Below are positions 8,986-17,378 of a stretch of DNA of 64,000 nucleotides, piece after piece. The notes under the pieces were generated by a model. The model did not search any database and had not been told where the DNA came from. It saw only the letters and a program-made list of their open reading frames with translations. Each line of letters starts with the position of its first letter. The first letter of the stretch is position 1. The position numbers were made by a program, and so were the translations under genes. The stretch comes from Bacteroidales bacterium (GTDB lineage: Bacteria > Bacteroidota > Bacteroidia > Bacteroidales > DTGW01): the NCBI GenBank assembly GCA_035374585.1, contig DAOSPF010000006.1, positions 5,408 to 69,407 on the forward strand, written 5' to 3'.

Positions 8986-9411
8986 CTATTTTCGGGCTAT
9001 TAGCACGTTGCATTTGGCATTTTCGCTTACTTTGTCTGTAACATGCCCCAAATCGTTGCCCCACAAGCCTGAGTGGCCTTTACAGCCCATCACTATCAAG
9101 TCAACATGGTTTTTTTCGGCATACTCAACTATCAATTTTGCCGGGTTGCCTTGCAAATGGGCATATTCTATTTCAATGCCTTCACTTTTTGATATATTGT
9201 GGAGGTCCTTTTTCAACTTGGCCGAAAAGCTGTCAATGGCTTTCGATTCTTCGTCAATTTCGGCCACAGTTTCGTGATAGTAGGCCCTGTACCCCCCAAT
9301 CCATAAAGCTGTCAACTTTGCTTTCATGGCCTTGGCAAATGCCAATGAATTGTTCAATGCTGTTTTGGCCCCTTCGGAACCGTCGTAAGCTACTAAAATG
9401 TGTTTGTACAT
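8986..9411 (-). CDS. universal stress protein (UspA family)
   Basis: 141 aa. MYKHILVAYDGSEGAK...DLIVMGCKGHSGL...GHVTDKVSENAKCNVLIA is a typical USP fold signature. Confidence 0.9.
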   Translation of the reverse strand: MYKHILVAYDGSEGAKTALNNSLAFAKAMKAKLTALWIGGYRAYYHETVAEIDEESKAIDSFSAKLKKDLHNISKSEGIEIEYAHLQGNPAKLIVEYAEKNHVDLIVMGCKGHSGLWGNDLGHVTDKVSENAKCNVLIARK

Positions 9412-9413
9412 GG

Positions 9414-10601
9414 TTATTTCCTCCTTTTTGTTATGTTTTTCTTACTCATTCTTCTAAGCCTGCCCCAGGCTATCATGGTATGTATTTCGGGTTGAAAGAA
9501 TTTTTGTGCTATGAGTGTAGGTATTATGGCGCTAAGAATTACTACTGTAACCAGGATGGTGTATTGTTTTTGGTCAATAAGGTGGTTGTTTAGCCCAAAC
9601 AATGCCGATATGGTGCCAAAGGTAAGGCCGGTGGCCATCAGCAGTGTGGTATAAGAAGATTCTTTTTTGCGCATCTGGAACGACCTTGCCAACGGATATA
9701 CCCCAATAAATTTGGTAACTATTTTAATAACCAGGAACAATGTAATAATGCCCAGCGAAACCCATATTAATGGCAGCGAAACGTACAAGCCGGCTTTCAT
9801 AAAGTAAAACGGGGTAAAAATGGTAAAGGCAATGGTACGCATACGGTCAACCAAGGTTTTGTCGCGCACAAATACCCCGGCCACAACTAAGCCTATTAAA
9901 TAAGCCGGAAGCACAGCTTCGCTCTTTGCTGTGGTGGCCAAACCTCCCAAAAAGAACAACACGAGCAGGATAAATTTCACCTCAGGCTGGCTTACTTTAT
10001 TTGTACCCAAATGTCCTATAAGGTATTTTGTCCATCGTGGCATAAACCAAAGCATAACGCACATTACAACAACAAAAGCCACCATCCAAAGGTTGAAATT
10101 GGCAAACAAAACGCCCAGGGCAAGCACTGTCCCAAAATCGGTAATAAAACAGGCTGCGAGTATCATTTTGCCCATGGATGTATCGCCAAGCTTTTTTTCA
10201 ATCATAACTGCATATACAACGGCAACAGATGTAGTAGATAATGCTATCCCGGCAATCTGGGCCTGGTGTATCCCCCAGCCAAAAACATACTGTGCAATGA
10301 GCCAAACACTGGCAAATGGAACAACAAAAGACAATATGCCAATAGCAAGACTGGCTTTTAAGTTTGCTTTTAGTGAAGCCGGGTCAATTTCAGCGCCCGC
10401 CAAAAAGGTTAGAACACCACTACCCAGCATGGCCAAAAAATCTATCCATTGGGTAGTTTGGTGGATGCCTAAAAAATTTCCGGCTATGACACCTACCAAT
10501 ATCTCGATAAGGGCAACAGAAATACCTACACGGATAGATATTAAGCTGGCCACTAAAGCCATGCCCATCCACATTGCTGCAATTAACCAAATGTTATCCA
10601 T
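9414..10601 (-). CDS. cation:proton antiporter (CPA/Kef-type Na+/H+ exchanger family)
   Basis: 395 aa polytopic membrane protein with the Na_H_exchanger-like helix pattern. It is 2 nt from the USP gene. Confidence 0.88.
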   Translation of the reverse strand: MDNIWLIAAMWMGMALVASLISIRVGISVALIEILVGVIAGNFLGIHQTTQWIDFLAMLGSGVLTFLAGAEIDPASLKANLKASLAIGILSFVVPFASVWLIAQYVFGWGIHQAQIAGIALSTTSVAVVYAVMIEKKLGDTSMGKMILAACFITDFGTVLALGVLFANFNLWMVAFVVVMCVMLWFMPRWTKYLIGHLGTNKVSQPEVKFILLVLFFLGGLATTAKSEAVLPAYLIGLVVAGVFVRDKTLVDRMRTIAFTIFTPFYFMKAGLYVSLPLIWVSLGIITLFLVIKIVTKFIGVYPLARSFQMRKKESSYTTLLMATGLTFGTISALFGLNNHLIDQKQYTILVTVVILSAIIPTLIAQKFFQPEIHTMIAWGRLRRMSKKNITKRRK

Positions 10602-10613
10602 AACACGTAATTT

Positions 10614-10982
10614 TTACCATTTAAAAAAACTTTTCTTTTCGCCTTGTTTGTAAAGGACTATGTTTGCTTTTTCCATAGTTATCATACAACCATAACGCAG
10701 CTTTTCAAACCAGGGGAGTATTTTCTCGGCAAACTTTTCAATCTTTTCCGATTCGTCAACTATCTCAATTACCACCGGGAGTTTTTCGGTAAATTCCCAA
10801 AATTTAATAGAACGCACCACGCTGCTTGACCCGTAGCCCATCACCCCTTTCAGCACGGTAGCCCCTGCCAGTCCATATCGTTTGGCTGCAAAAACAACCA
10901 TTTCGTACAGTAAGTTATGTTTGAATTTGTCGGTATTACTGATAAAAATCCGCAATAATTTGGCTTCTCCTTTTATTTCCAT
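10614..10982 (-). CDS. DUF190 (PII-like) protein, usual crcB partner
   Basis: 122 aa. LLRIFISNTDKFKHNLLYEMVVFAAKRYGLAGATVLKGVMGYG resembles DUF190. There is a 2-nt gap after crcB. Confidence 0.8.
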   Translation of the reverse strand: MEIKGEAKLLRIFISNTDKFKHNLLYEMVVFAAKRYGLAGATVLKGVMGYGSSSVVRSIKFWEFTEKLPVVIEIVDESEKIEKFAEKILPWFEKLRYGCMITMEKANIVLYKQGEKKSFFKW

Positions 10983-10984
10983 GG

Positions 10985-11362
10985 TTATATTATTTTAGTG
11001 ATTAGGTTTCCCAAATAAGTGGCCAAAATGCCAATAAAAACACTCAGGCTTGTATATAAAGCAAAATAGAAAATATTACCATCGCGAAGCAGCGCAACAT
11101 TCTCGTTGGCAAAAGTCGAAAATGTAGTAAACCCGCCACAAAAGCCAACCGTCAGGAACATGCGCAACTCTGAAGACATCGCGTTGCCCCGTTCTGAAAT
11201 GCCATAAAACAACCCAATAAGAAAGCAGCCAAGAATGTTGACAACAAATGTTCCGTAAGGAAAAGACGCAATAAAGGTATTTTGAATAAAACGTGAAGTA
11301 AGAAAACGTGAGATGCCCCCCAGGAAACTCCCCGAACCAATAAACAAAAGTATTTTTATCAT
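10985..11362 (-). CDS. crcB: fluoride channel CrcB/FluC
   Basis: 125 aa, 4 [12 protein letters not shown]...[12 protein letters not shown] are CrcB signatures. It is immediately downstream of riboswitch 1. Confidence 0.93.
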   Translation of the reverse strand: MIKILLFIGSGSFLGGISRFLTSRFIQNTFIASFPYGTFVVNILGCFLIGLFYGISERGNAMSSELRMFLTVGFCGGFTTFSTFANENVALLRDGNIFYFALYTSLSVFIGILATYLGNLITKII

Positions 11363-11400
11363 ATATCCTGCATACTTTAAGGTTAAACAATAAAGTCATA

Positions 11401-11448
11401 CAGGAGTTATCAGCTTATTTAAGGCGGTTCGAGGCTAACCCCATAGCC
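11401..11448 (-). promoter_or_regulatory. fluoride riboswitch (crcB motif), copy 1
   Basis: The minus strand reads GGCUAUGGGGUUAGCCUCGAACCGCCUUAAAUAAGCUGAUAACUCCUG, ending 38 nt before the crcB AUG. The segment in between can form UCCUG...ACUUUA/UAAAGU...CAGGA, which competes for the aptamer 3' strand. Confidence 0.85.
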
Positions 11449-11454
11449 AGACAC

Positions 11455-11462
11455 CAAAGGTA
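11455..11462 (-). promoter_or_regulatory. Bacteroidota -7 promoter box TACCTTTG for riboswitch 1
   Basis: TACCTTTG lies 6 nt upstream of the aptamer 5' GG and just downstream of the preceding gene's stop (11472). Confidence 0.45.
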
Positions 11463-11471
11463 GGAAAAAAA

Positions 11472-11969
11472 TTAAAAACGGAAAGCTATTAATAGCTCAT
11501 TTGTAGAATAATACCCCGTATGCCTGAAAAACTCTTTACCTTCTTTATCTAAAAGCACTTGTGAAGATATGGCTGCAATGCCAAAGTATTTCATCAACCG
11601 CTGATTTTCGGGCAGCATGATGTTTATAAAGATTACGTTTACGCGGTCGGGGAAGCGGGCCTTTATTTCGGCCATAACCTGTTCCATACGTTTGCAGGCC
11701 GAACAGCCTTTTGCCCCAAATTCGAGAAATGTAAACTGGTAGCTTAGCCCATTTTTAGCGTAGTTGTAGGCCGAATCGACAAAAGCCGGTACCGAGTGTT
11801 GAACTTCGGGGCCAGCTTGTGTTTTAATGGCTTTTGATGCGTAATTGTTTAATGTATCTTTGAATACGAAAAGCAGGACAAAAAACAATACCGACAGCAC
11901 CATAAAAGCCGCCGACAGCGCCTGTTTTGTTTTAGAAGTCAACCGCAGCCTTTTCATAAACAGCTTCAA
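11472..11969 (-). CDS. membrane-anchored thioredoxin-family protein
   Basis: 165 aa. N-terminal TM helix, then FGAKGCSACKRM (CxxC) and a Trx-fold C-terminus. Confidence 0.75.
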   Translation of the reverse strand: MKLFMKRLRLTSKTKQALSAAFMVLSVLFFVLLFVFKDTLNNYASKAIKTQAGPEVQHSVPAFVDSAYNYAKNGLSYQFTFLEFGAKGCSACKRMEQVMAEIKARFPDRVNVIFINIMLPENQRLMKYFGIAAISSQVLLDKEGKEFFRHTGYYSTNELLIAFRF

Positions 11970-12309
11970 TTACTTCGCTGGTAACAGGGGTTTGGCCTTT
12001 CACATAACCGAGGTCGGTCATACGCATGTATTTGTAATTGGTAATGCCTGCTTTATCAAGTATCTTTTTGCCACAATCAACCGGGCAGCCATCTATTAGT
12101 AGAAGGTCTGCCTCCTTGAACATCTCGATGGTGGGTTTCACATCGGCTGCTACAGCCGCAAGGCAGTTCATTTTGCGGATATTATTGTCCCTCAGTTTTC
12201 GGGCAACCAAGTCCGATATTTGGCCCAAATCGCATGCCCCCGAACAGGCTATTACAACATATTCGCCGCTGCCACAAAGGCAGGTTTTTACGTTATTATT
12301 TGTTTCCAT
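11932..12309 (-). CDS. DGC-domain putative zinc-binding protein
   Basis: 125 aa. VIACSGACDLGQISD ... LIDGCPVDCGKK contains the eponymous DGC motif. Confidence 0.7.
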   Translation of the reverse strand: METNNNVKTCLCGSGEYVVIACSGACDLGQISDLVARKLRDNNIRKMNCLAAVAADVKPTIEMFKEADLLLIDGCPVDCGKKILDKAGITNYKYMRMTDLGYVKGQTPVTSEVIEAVYEKAAVDF

Positions 12310-12313
12310 ACAT

Positions 12314-13399
12314 TTAAAGTTTAAATTCTGTACTAAGCATTATTATATTGGTATGTTTTTTATCGGACTGTTTGGCTTTCCACCCCTGATAATTAATTGA
12401 AAGATTTACAGTTTTAACAGGTTGGTAATGAATCCCCATTATATAGGCTTTACCTTCTTTTGCAATATTCCAGCTTTGTGATTGACCAGATAAGGTATTG
12501 GATAACACATTGTCGTAGCGGGCAAAGATTTCAATTTTAGGATTCACAATGTAAGTGCCAAACAAAGAATATCCCCAAAAATCATGGTCATTGTAGTTTA
12601 GGTTGTTCAACCTGTAATTAACGTCAAGTCCTGCACGGAAAACTTTATCCAACTGGTAACCTGTGAAAAACGAAAAGAGGTGTTGCGTTGCATTATCGCT
12701 CGGGTCGCCCGATTGTGTATTGTCATAATACAGGCGGGTTAACAATCCTTTTAAAGGTTTAATGTCAATACCTGTTGCATATTTTACTTTACCGTAATCA
12801 TCTTGTTTAAACCTTATACCTTCTCCGTTGGTAACAGCAACGTCAAAAGCCAAAATGTTATTTACCTTAACAAACCCGATTGCCCCGAAATCGCCACTTG
12901 CAGTTCCATAATATCTGTCTTGGAAAGTTTCATAAACATAGCGATAGCCCCAAAACTTTTCCTGAGTGATATAATGATTTTGCAAAATACCACCCACTTG
13001 CAAAGTAAACATTTCAGAAGGTTTCCATTGAATAAAAGCAAACTTCAGGAATGCTGTATAATAGCTTCCTTCCTTGGAAGTGTTATTGACTGTATAATTT
13101 TTACCTGTAGAATCGGTTACAACAATATTACCAACAGTAGTTGGCCTACCAGCAGCATCAATTATCAATGTACCTGAAAAACTATTTGAAAAATTATAAT
13201 TATACCCAAAGTGGGCACGGGTAATACCAAAGCTTACAGGTTGTTTGGCATCTTTAGTTGCGTCAAGCTTGGAATACCCAAACACTTGCACAATAGGTTT
13301 GCCCGAAGGTTTAAAAGTTGTATCGGTATCTTGCCCGAATATTTGTACACTATAACATATACATGTGAATAGCAACAAAAACCTAAGTTTTGTTTTCAT
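12314..13399 (-). CDS. outer-membrane porin (beta-barrel)
   Basis: 361 aa. Signal peptide, alternating beta-strand pattern, C-terminal ...LSTEFKL. It abuts the upstream gene with a 0-nt gap. Confidence 0.7.
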   Translation of the reverse strand: MKTKLRFLLLFTCICYSVQIFGQDTDTTFKPSGKPIVQVFGYSKLDATKDAKQPVSFGITRAHFGYNYNFSNSFSGTLIIDAAGRPTTVGNIVVTDSTGKNYTVNNTSKEGSYYTAFLKFAFIQWKPSEMFTLQVGGILQNHYITQEKFWGYRYVYETFQDRYYGTASGDFGAIGFVKVNNILAFDVAVTNGEGIRFKQDDYGKVKYATGIDIKPLKGLLTRLYYDNTQSGDPSDNATQHLFSFFTGYQLDKVFRAGLDVNYRLNNLNYNDHDFWGYSLFGTYIVNPKIEIFARYDNVLSNTLSGQSQSWNIAKEGKAYIMGIHYQPVKTVNLSINYQGWKAKQSDKKHTNIIMLSTEFKL

Positions 13400-14170
13400 T
13401 TACGGTTTAATTCTATTGTATATACCTGTTAAATATTGGTCGTAATAGCCTTTAATGGTTTCTTCCACTTCTGCCATTGGTTTTACCGGAACAAGGTCGG
13501 CTACTTCGGCATAAGGTAAACCTGAGTTGAAAAGGGTTTCGGTTGTACCCCAAAGCATATTTGAGATAGTTTTAGCGGCCTCTTGTTCATCCATGCCAAA
13601 CGAAACGGCCAGTTCTTTAAGCTTTTGCAACTGGAAGTTAAAGTAAGTATGCCCCATGGCGCTAATAACAGCATAAGCTTCAATTTTGTTGTCGGCTACT
13701 TCGGGCTCATAGCCTAATGGCCGAAACAGTTCGAGAAATGCTTTCTTTTTATCAGCATCAAAAGAAGCAGAAAACGAAACCGGGTTAACGCCTTTGTTTA
13801 CAATGGTTGAAGCGCTGGGGTTCATGCGGGCAATGTTGGCAAAACCACCCAGCAAAGCAGTCAGTTTTTCAATAGTAAACTTTGGCGCTAACGAAAGCAA
13901 TACCGAACCGGGTTGCAGGCTGCCTTTGATTTTCTCAATGGTCTCCATTACCATTGGGGGGTGAACGGAAAGAATAACAAGTTCGGCTGTTGCAGCTTCA
14001 TCAACACTGGTTGTAGTGGTAACCTGTGGAAATTTAGCTTTTACAGCTTTTAATGCTTCTTCGCTTACATCATACACAACTACTTTGTCAAAACGTACAT
14101 TGGCATTGTTAAATGCCTGGGCTAAAATGCGGGTAATACGGCCGCCGCCAATAAAACTGATTGTTTTCAT
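13400..14170 (-). CDS. pyrroline-5-carboxylate reductase-like NADP oxidoreductase
   Basis: 256 aa. N-terminal Rossmann motif ISFIGGGRITRILAQAF and a ProC-like C-terminal dimerisation region. Confidence 0.75.
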   Translation of the reverse strand: MKTISFIGGGRITRILAQAFNNANVRFDKVVVYDVSEEALKAVKAKFPQVTTTTSVDEAATAELVILSVHPPMVMETIEKIKGSLQPGSVLLSLAPKFTIEKLTALLGGFANIARMNPSASTIVNKGVNPVSFSASFDADKKKAFLELFRPLGYEPEVADNKIEAYAVISAMGHTYFNFQLQKLKELAVSFGMDEQEAAKTISNMLWGTTETLFNSGLPYAEVADLVPVKPMAEVEETIKGYYDQYLTGIYNRIKP

Positions 14171-14195
14171 TTTTTTTAATATTAAGGGTTAAAAA

Positions 14196-14420
14196 TTATT
14201 CAACATATTTTGCAATGGTTTTCTTTATTATGGGCATAATCACCATCACCACCGGAAGGGCTGCCACGAAGGCAAGTCCCCATGATTTCATCCATTTGGC
14301 AATAAATCCGGCATGGTAGCCAAAGTTTACCGATACACTTACAAACGTTACTACAAATGTCATTACCAAAACCATGATGATTAATGTAACTTTCATTTCA
14401 TTCTTTTTTGCGATTTTCAT
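14196..14420 (-). CDS. DUF2798 small membrane protein
   Basis: I chose the start at MKIAKKNE to avoid overlap with the permease. There are two TM helices and WMKSWGLAFVAALPVV, which is DUF2798-like. Confidence 0.6.
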   Translation of the reverse strand: MKIAKKNEMKVTLIIMVLVMTFVVTFVSVSVNFGYHAGFIAKWMKSWGLAFVAALPVVMVIMPIIKKTIAKYVE

Positions 14421-14433
14421 TTTTTTTATTGTT

Positions 14434-15774
14434 TTAAATTGCACCAAATATTAGTCCGGAAATTGTGGCCATTACAATTACCAATGTAACATAAACTACC
14501 GTTTTTTGGGTACCCATTACGCCTCGTATTACCAACATGTTGGGTAATGATAATGATGGCCCGGCCAATAATAACGCTAAAGCAGGGCCTTTGCCCATAC
14601 CTGAAGCGATTAATCCTTGTAAAATAGGTACTTCGGTAAGAGTGGCAAAGTACATAAAAGCGCCTACAACTGAAGCAAAAAAATTGGAGAATACCGAGTT
14701 TCCGCCAACTAAAGCAGAAATCCATTCGTTAGGGATTATGCCTGCAATTGTTTTTCCATCATGGGTGGAGCCTAACAAAAAACCTGCTGTAACAACACCT
14801 ATGGCAAGCAAGGGCAGGATTTGTTTGGCAAACCCCCAGGCAGAAATTGTCCACTCTTTATTGTCTTCGTCTTTTTTGTCTAAAAGTGTTATGGTACTTA
14901 AAGCTGCAATGCCAACTATCATGGGTACAAGCGGGGCAAGTTTGACGTTTTCAATAAACGTCGATGATAAGAAAGCTGATGTAACAGTTGCCACGGTTGC
15001 CAGTAAAACCCATTGCCATTTTATTTTCAAGATATAGATTAATGAATAACCAAGCAGCAATGCAAAAAAGCCGGTGATATACCATTTATAAGCCCATATA
15101 TAATACCAGGCACTTGAAGTATCGCTACTTGCAGGACTGCCCCAGTTAGCAAAAACAAGGATTAATACTAATGTAAAAAAATGGAACGAAGTTTGCCACA
15201 TCGGACGTTTTTCAGCCTGAAATTCAATATTCATCTGTTCTTCACGCTTTGCTTTTTCTTCTTTACGGTATATGAGCGACATAGCCACTCCTATAATGAT
15301 ACTAAAAGATACTGCTCCAATAGTCCGTGCAACACCCATCTCAAAGCCTAATATACGTGCGGTTAAGATAATGGCAAGGATGTTTATTGCCGGGCCCGAA
15401 TACAAAAAGGCAATAGCCGGGCCCAAACCGGCACCACGTTTGTGAATACTTGAAAACAAGGGCAAAATAGTACAACTGCAAACGGCAAGTATAGTGCCTG
15501 ATACAGCGGCAACTGTATATGCCAGCCATTTCTTGGCATTAGCCCCAAAATAACGTAATACAGAGCCCTGGCTGACAAATATTGATATTACACCTGCAAT
15601 AAAGAATGCTGGTAACAAACATAAAATTACATGCTCACGGGCATACCATTTTACAAGGTCGAACGTGGCTGCAATGGCCGTATTAAACCTGACACTTTCG
15701 ATGGGCAGAAAAAATGCTGCCCCAAATATTACTGCTATCCATAGCAGGATTTTAAACTCTTTTTTTGTTTCCAT
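14434..15774 (-). CDS. permease, ArsP/COG0701 family
   Basis: 446 aa polytopic protein with the AVCSCTILPLF cysteine pair, characteristic of the permeases found next to ArsR and redox-active disulfide protein 2. Confidence 0.85.
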   Translation of the reverse strand: METKKEFKILLWIAVIFGAAFFLPIESVRFNTAIAATFDLVKWYAREHVILCLLPAFFIAGVISIFVSQGSVLRYFGANAKKWLAYTVAAVSGTILAVCSCTILPLFSSIHKRGAGLGPAIAFLYSGPAINILAIILTARILGFEMGVARTIGAVSFSIIIGVAMSLIYRKEEKAKREEQMNIEFQAEKRPMWQTSFHFFTLVLILVFANWGSPASSDTSSAWYYIWAYKWYITGFFALLLGYSLIYILKIKWQWVLLATVATVTSAFLSSTFIENVKLAPLVPMIVGIAALSTITLLDKKDEDNKEWTISAWGFAKQILPLLAIGVVTAGFLLGSTHDGKTIAGIIPNEWISALVGGNSVFSNFFASVVGAFMYFATLTEVPILQGLIASGMGKGPALALLLAGPSLSLPNMLVIRGVMGTQKTVVYVTLVIVMATISGLIFGAI

Positions 15775-15832
15775 TACTTCTTTTGTTTTATTTAGAATTT
15801 CGTCTAAACCCGAAATATGTTTTCAAATTTTT

Positions 15833-16531
15833 TTATAAATAAACCCTTATGATATAGTAGATGCCAACCAGAATGAACAATATTGCTATAATGCGACGGA
15901 ACCACTTTTCAAAGGTCTTCACCTTATGGTAAACATGCCCAATGCCCGATACGGTGTATGCAAGCACCCATGCAAAAAGAATGACCGGGATACCCGTAGC
16001 CAGAGCAAAAATTACTGGAAGGTACAAACCCGATGCGCTGGCAACCGTCATGGGTACAAGCATGCCGAAATATAAAACCCCGCTGTAAGGGCAAAAAGCT
16101 AACGCAAAAACAATCCCCAGCAGAATGGTGTCTATATAATTCCATGTAGCTTTGTTTTCCATTCGGGAAGTTAATTTGCCCATGCCTGGAAATTTCATTT
16201 TGATGACATCCAGCATAAACAACCCAATAATGATAAGCAATGGGCCGAGGAACTTTTCGCCATACTGCTGAAAAATACCGGAAAACTTAAACTGGTCAAC
16301 CCCAAGAAAAATCACCAGGGCTATTGCGGTATATGAAATGGCCCTGCCAAGGGTGTAAAGCAAACCATTGATAAATACACGGTGGCGGTTTTCAATATCT
16401 TTGCTGATAAAGCCTATTGCTGTAATGTTGGTGGCCAGGGGGCATGGACTGATAGCTGTCATCAAACCCAGTACCAATGCCGAAAGCCACGGCATTGTAC
16501 TGTTTTCTAATATGCTGTTAAAAAAATCCAT
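15833..16531 (-). CDS. CcdA/DsbD-like thiol:disulfide transmembrane protein (ArsG-family-like)
   Basis: 232 aa, 6 TM. LMTAISPCPLATN and FCPYSG cysteine motifs in TM1 and TM4. Confidence 0.72.
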   Translation of the reverse strand: MDFFNSILENSTMPWLSALVLGLMTAISPCPLATNITAIGFISKDIENRHRVFINGLLYTLGRAISYTAIALVIFLGVDQFKFSGIFQQYGEKFLGPLLIIIGLFMLDVIKMKFPGMGKLTSRMENKATWNYIDTILLGIVFALAFCPYSGVLYFGMLVPMTVASASGLYLPVIFALATGIPVILFAWVLAYTVSGIGHVYHKVKTFEKWFRRIIAILFILVGIYYIIRVYL

Positions 16532-16537
16532 GTTGTG

Positions 16538-16945
16538 CTACTTCAAAAGCTCATCAACTTTTTCTTTAATAACAGATCTTAATTTTTCAGGGTTTGAGCG
16601 GGCATACATAAAACCTTCGTTGGTAATGTTGATTTTTGTATCGCCTTTTACTATCAATAAAGTTTGTCCTGATACTTTTAACTTTTCAGCAAGGGCTTTG
16701 CTTGAAGCTTCGTCTAAATTGACCGACTGAAAAGAAACTTTGTCGCCATAAAGGGCTGCGATGCTTTCTTTGGCTTCTGCTTCAACCGTCTTACAAGTAA
16801 CACAGCGACTGGTAAAATGAAAATAATAAGCTTCTACTTTAGCCGAAGCATTGGGTTTATCCTCTTTTTTTGTAGTTTGTGCATTGCACGATAAACTGCC
16901 CAATGTCATTACAAGGGCAAAACTGAACATTACAATCTGTTTCAT
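16538..16945 (-). CDS. thioredoxin-fold lipoprotein (ArsF-family-like)
   Basis: I place the start at MKQIVMFSFALVMTLGSLSCNAQ (lipoprotein signal). It has the CVTC CxxC motif. The longer ORF to 17053 runs through an AT-rich repeat spacer. Confidence 0.6.
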   Translation of the reverse strand: MKQIVMFSFALVMTLGSLSCNAQTTKKEDKPNASAKVEAYYFHFTSRCVTCKTVEAEAKESIAALYGDKVSFQSVNLDEASSKALAEKLKVSGQTLLIVKGDTKINITNEGFMYARSNPEKLRSVIKEKVDELLK

Positions 16946-17049
16946 AATTATTTTAATTTGAAGATTATCTAATTTGAAAATTATACAATTTGAGAATTTG
17001 AGAATGATTTGCTTATTAACCATCTTCAAATTTTCAAACCAATACATTT
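16946..17049 (-). repeat. AT-rich intercistronic dyad element, copy A
   Basis: Contains AATTATACAATTTGAGAATTTGAGAAT plus the inverted pair TTTGAAGAT ... ATCTTCAAA. The same architecture occurs at 17290..17378. Confidence 0.5.
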
Positions 17050-17289
17050 TCAAATTGCTTTTAACAATACTTGTTTTATTTCGTCGGCAGAAGGTACACG
17101 GCCTTTTATTTCAACCTTTTCGTTCACTACAAGGGCAGGGGTTGCCATAATGTTGTATTTCATTATCTCCACAATGTCCTCTACCTTGGTAATATTGGCA
17201 TTTATGCCATTTTGTTCGACCACTTCACGGGTTATCTTTTCTAGTGTTTTACATTTGGCGCAACCAGAGCCTAAAATTTTTATTTCCAT
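17050..17289 (-). CDS. thioredoxin-family redox-active disulfide protein 2
   Basis: 79 aa. MEIKILGSGCAKCKTLE is the diagnostic N-terminal CxxC. Confidence 0.87.
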   Translation of the reverse strand: MEIKILGSGCAKCKTLEKITREVVEQNGINANITKVEDIVEIMKYNIMATPALVVNEKVEIKGRVPSADEIKQVLLKAI

Positions 17290-17378
17290 ACCTTAAATTT
17301 ATTTGATAATTATACAATTTGATAATTTGAAGATTGAAGAATTGATTTTTATTTTCAAGTCAATTCATCTTCAAATTA
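17290..17378 (-). repeat. AT-rich intercistronic dyad element, copy B
   Basis: AATTATACAATTTGATAATTTGAAGATTGAAG ... ATTCATCTTCAAATT. It lies between arsR and the thioredoxin gene. Confidence 0.5.

Noticed and set aside
8975-9064. Extended N-termini of several track ORFs: CYTH to 9064, ArsF-like to 17053, cysK to 22602, Fur to 23103, ferritin to 24057, pgl to 55340.
   Set aside because: The internal ATGs give N-termini that match the family starts and remove overlaps with upstream genes or repeat spacers. The extensions look like non-coding read-through.
9931-10653. Long ORFs antisense to well-supported genes: 9931..10653 plus, 33699..34406 minus, 2251..2730 plus, 57207..57776 plus, 55624..56097 plus, 14537..15037 plus.
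   Set aside because: Each lies fully inside a confidently identified gene on the other strand. Their sequences are low-complexity with no recognisable motifs. They are typical shadow ORFs.
11076-11399. Alternative-frame ORFs overlapping crcB (11076..11399, 11152..11340), and similar ones inside the permease and CcdA genes (14426..14725, 15341..15578, 15924..16145).
   Set aside because: They are same-strand, out-of-frame ORFs inside clear membrane-protein genes, with no independent support.
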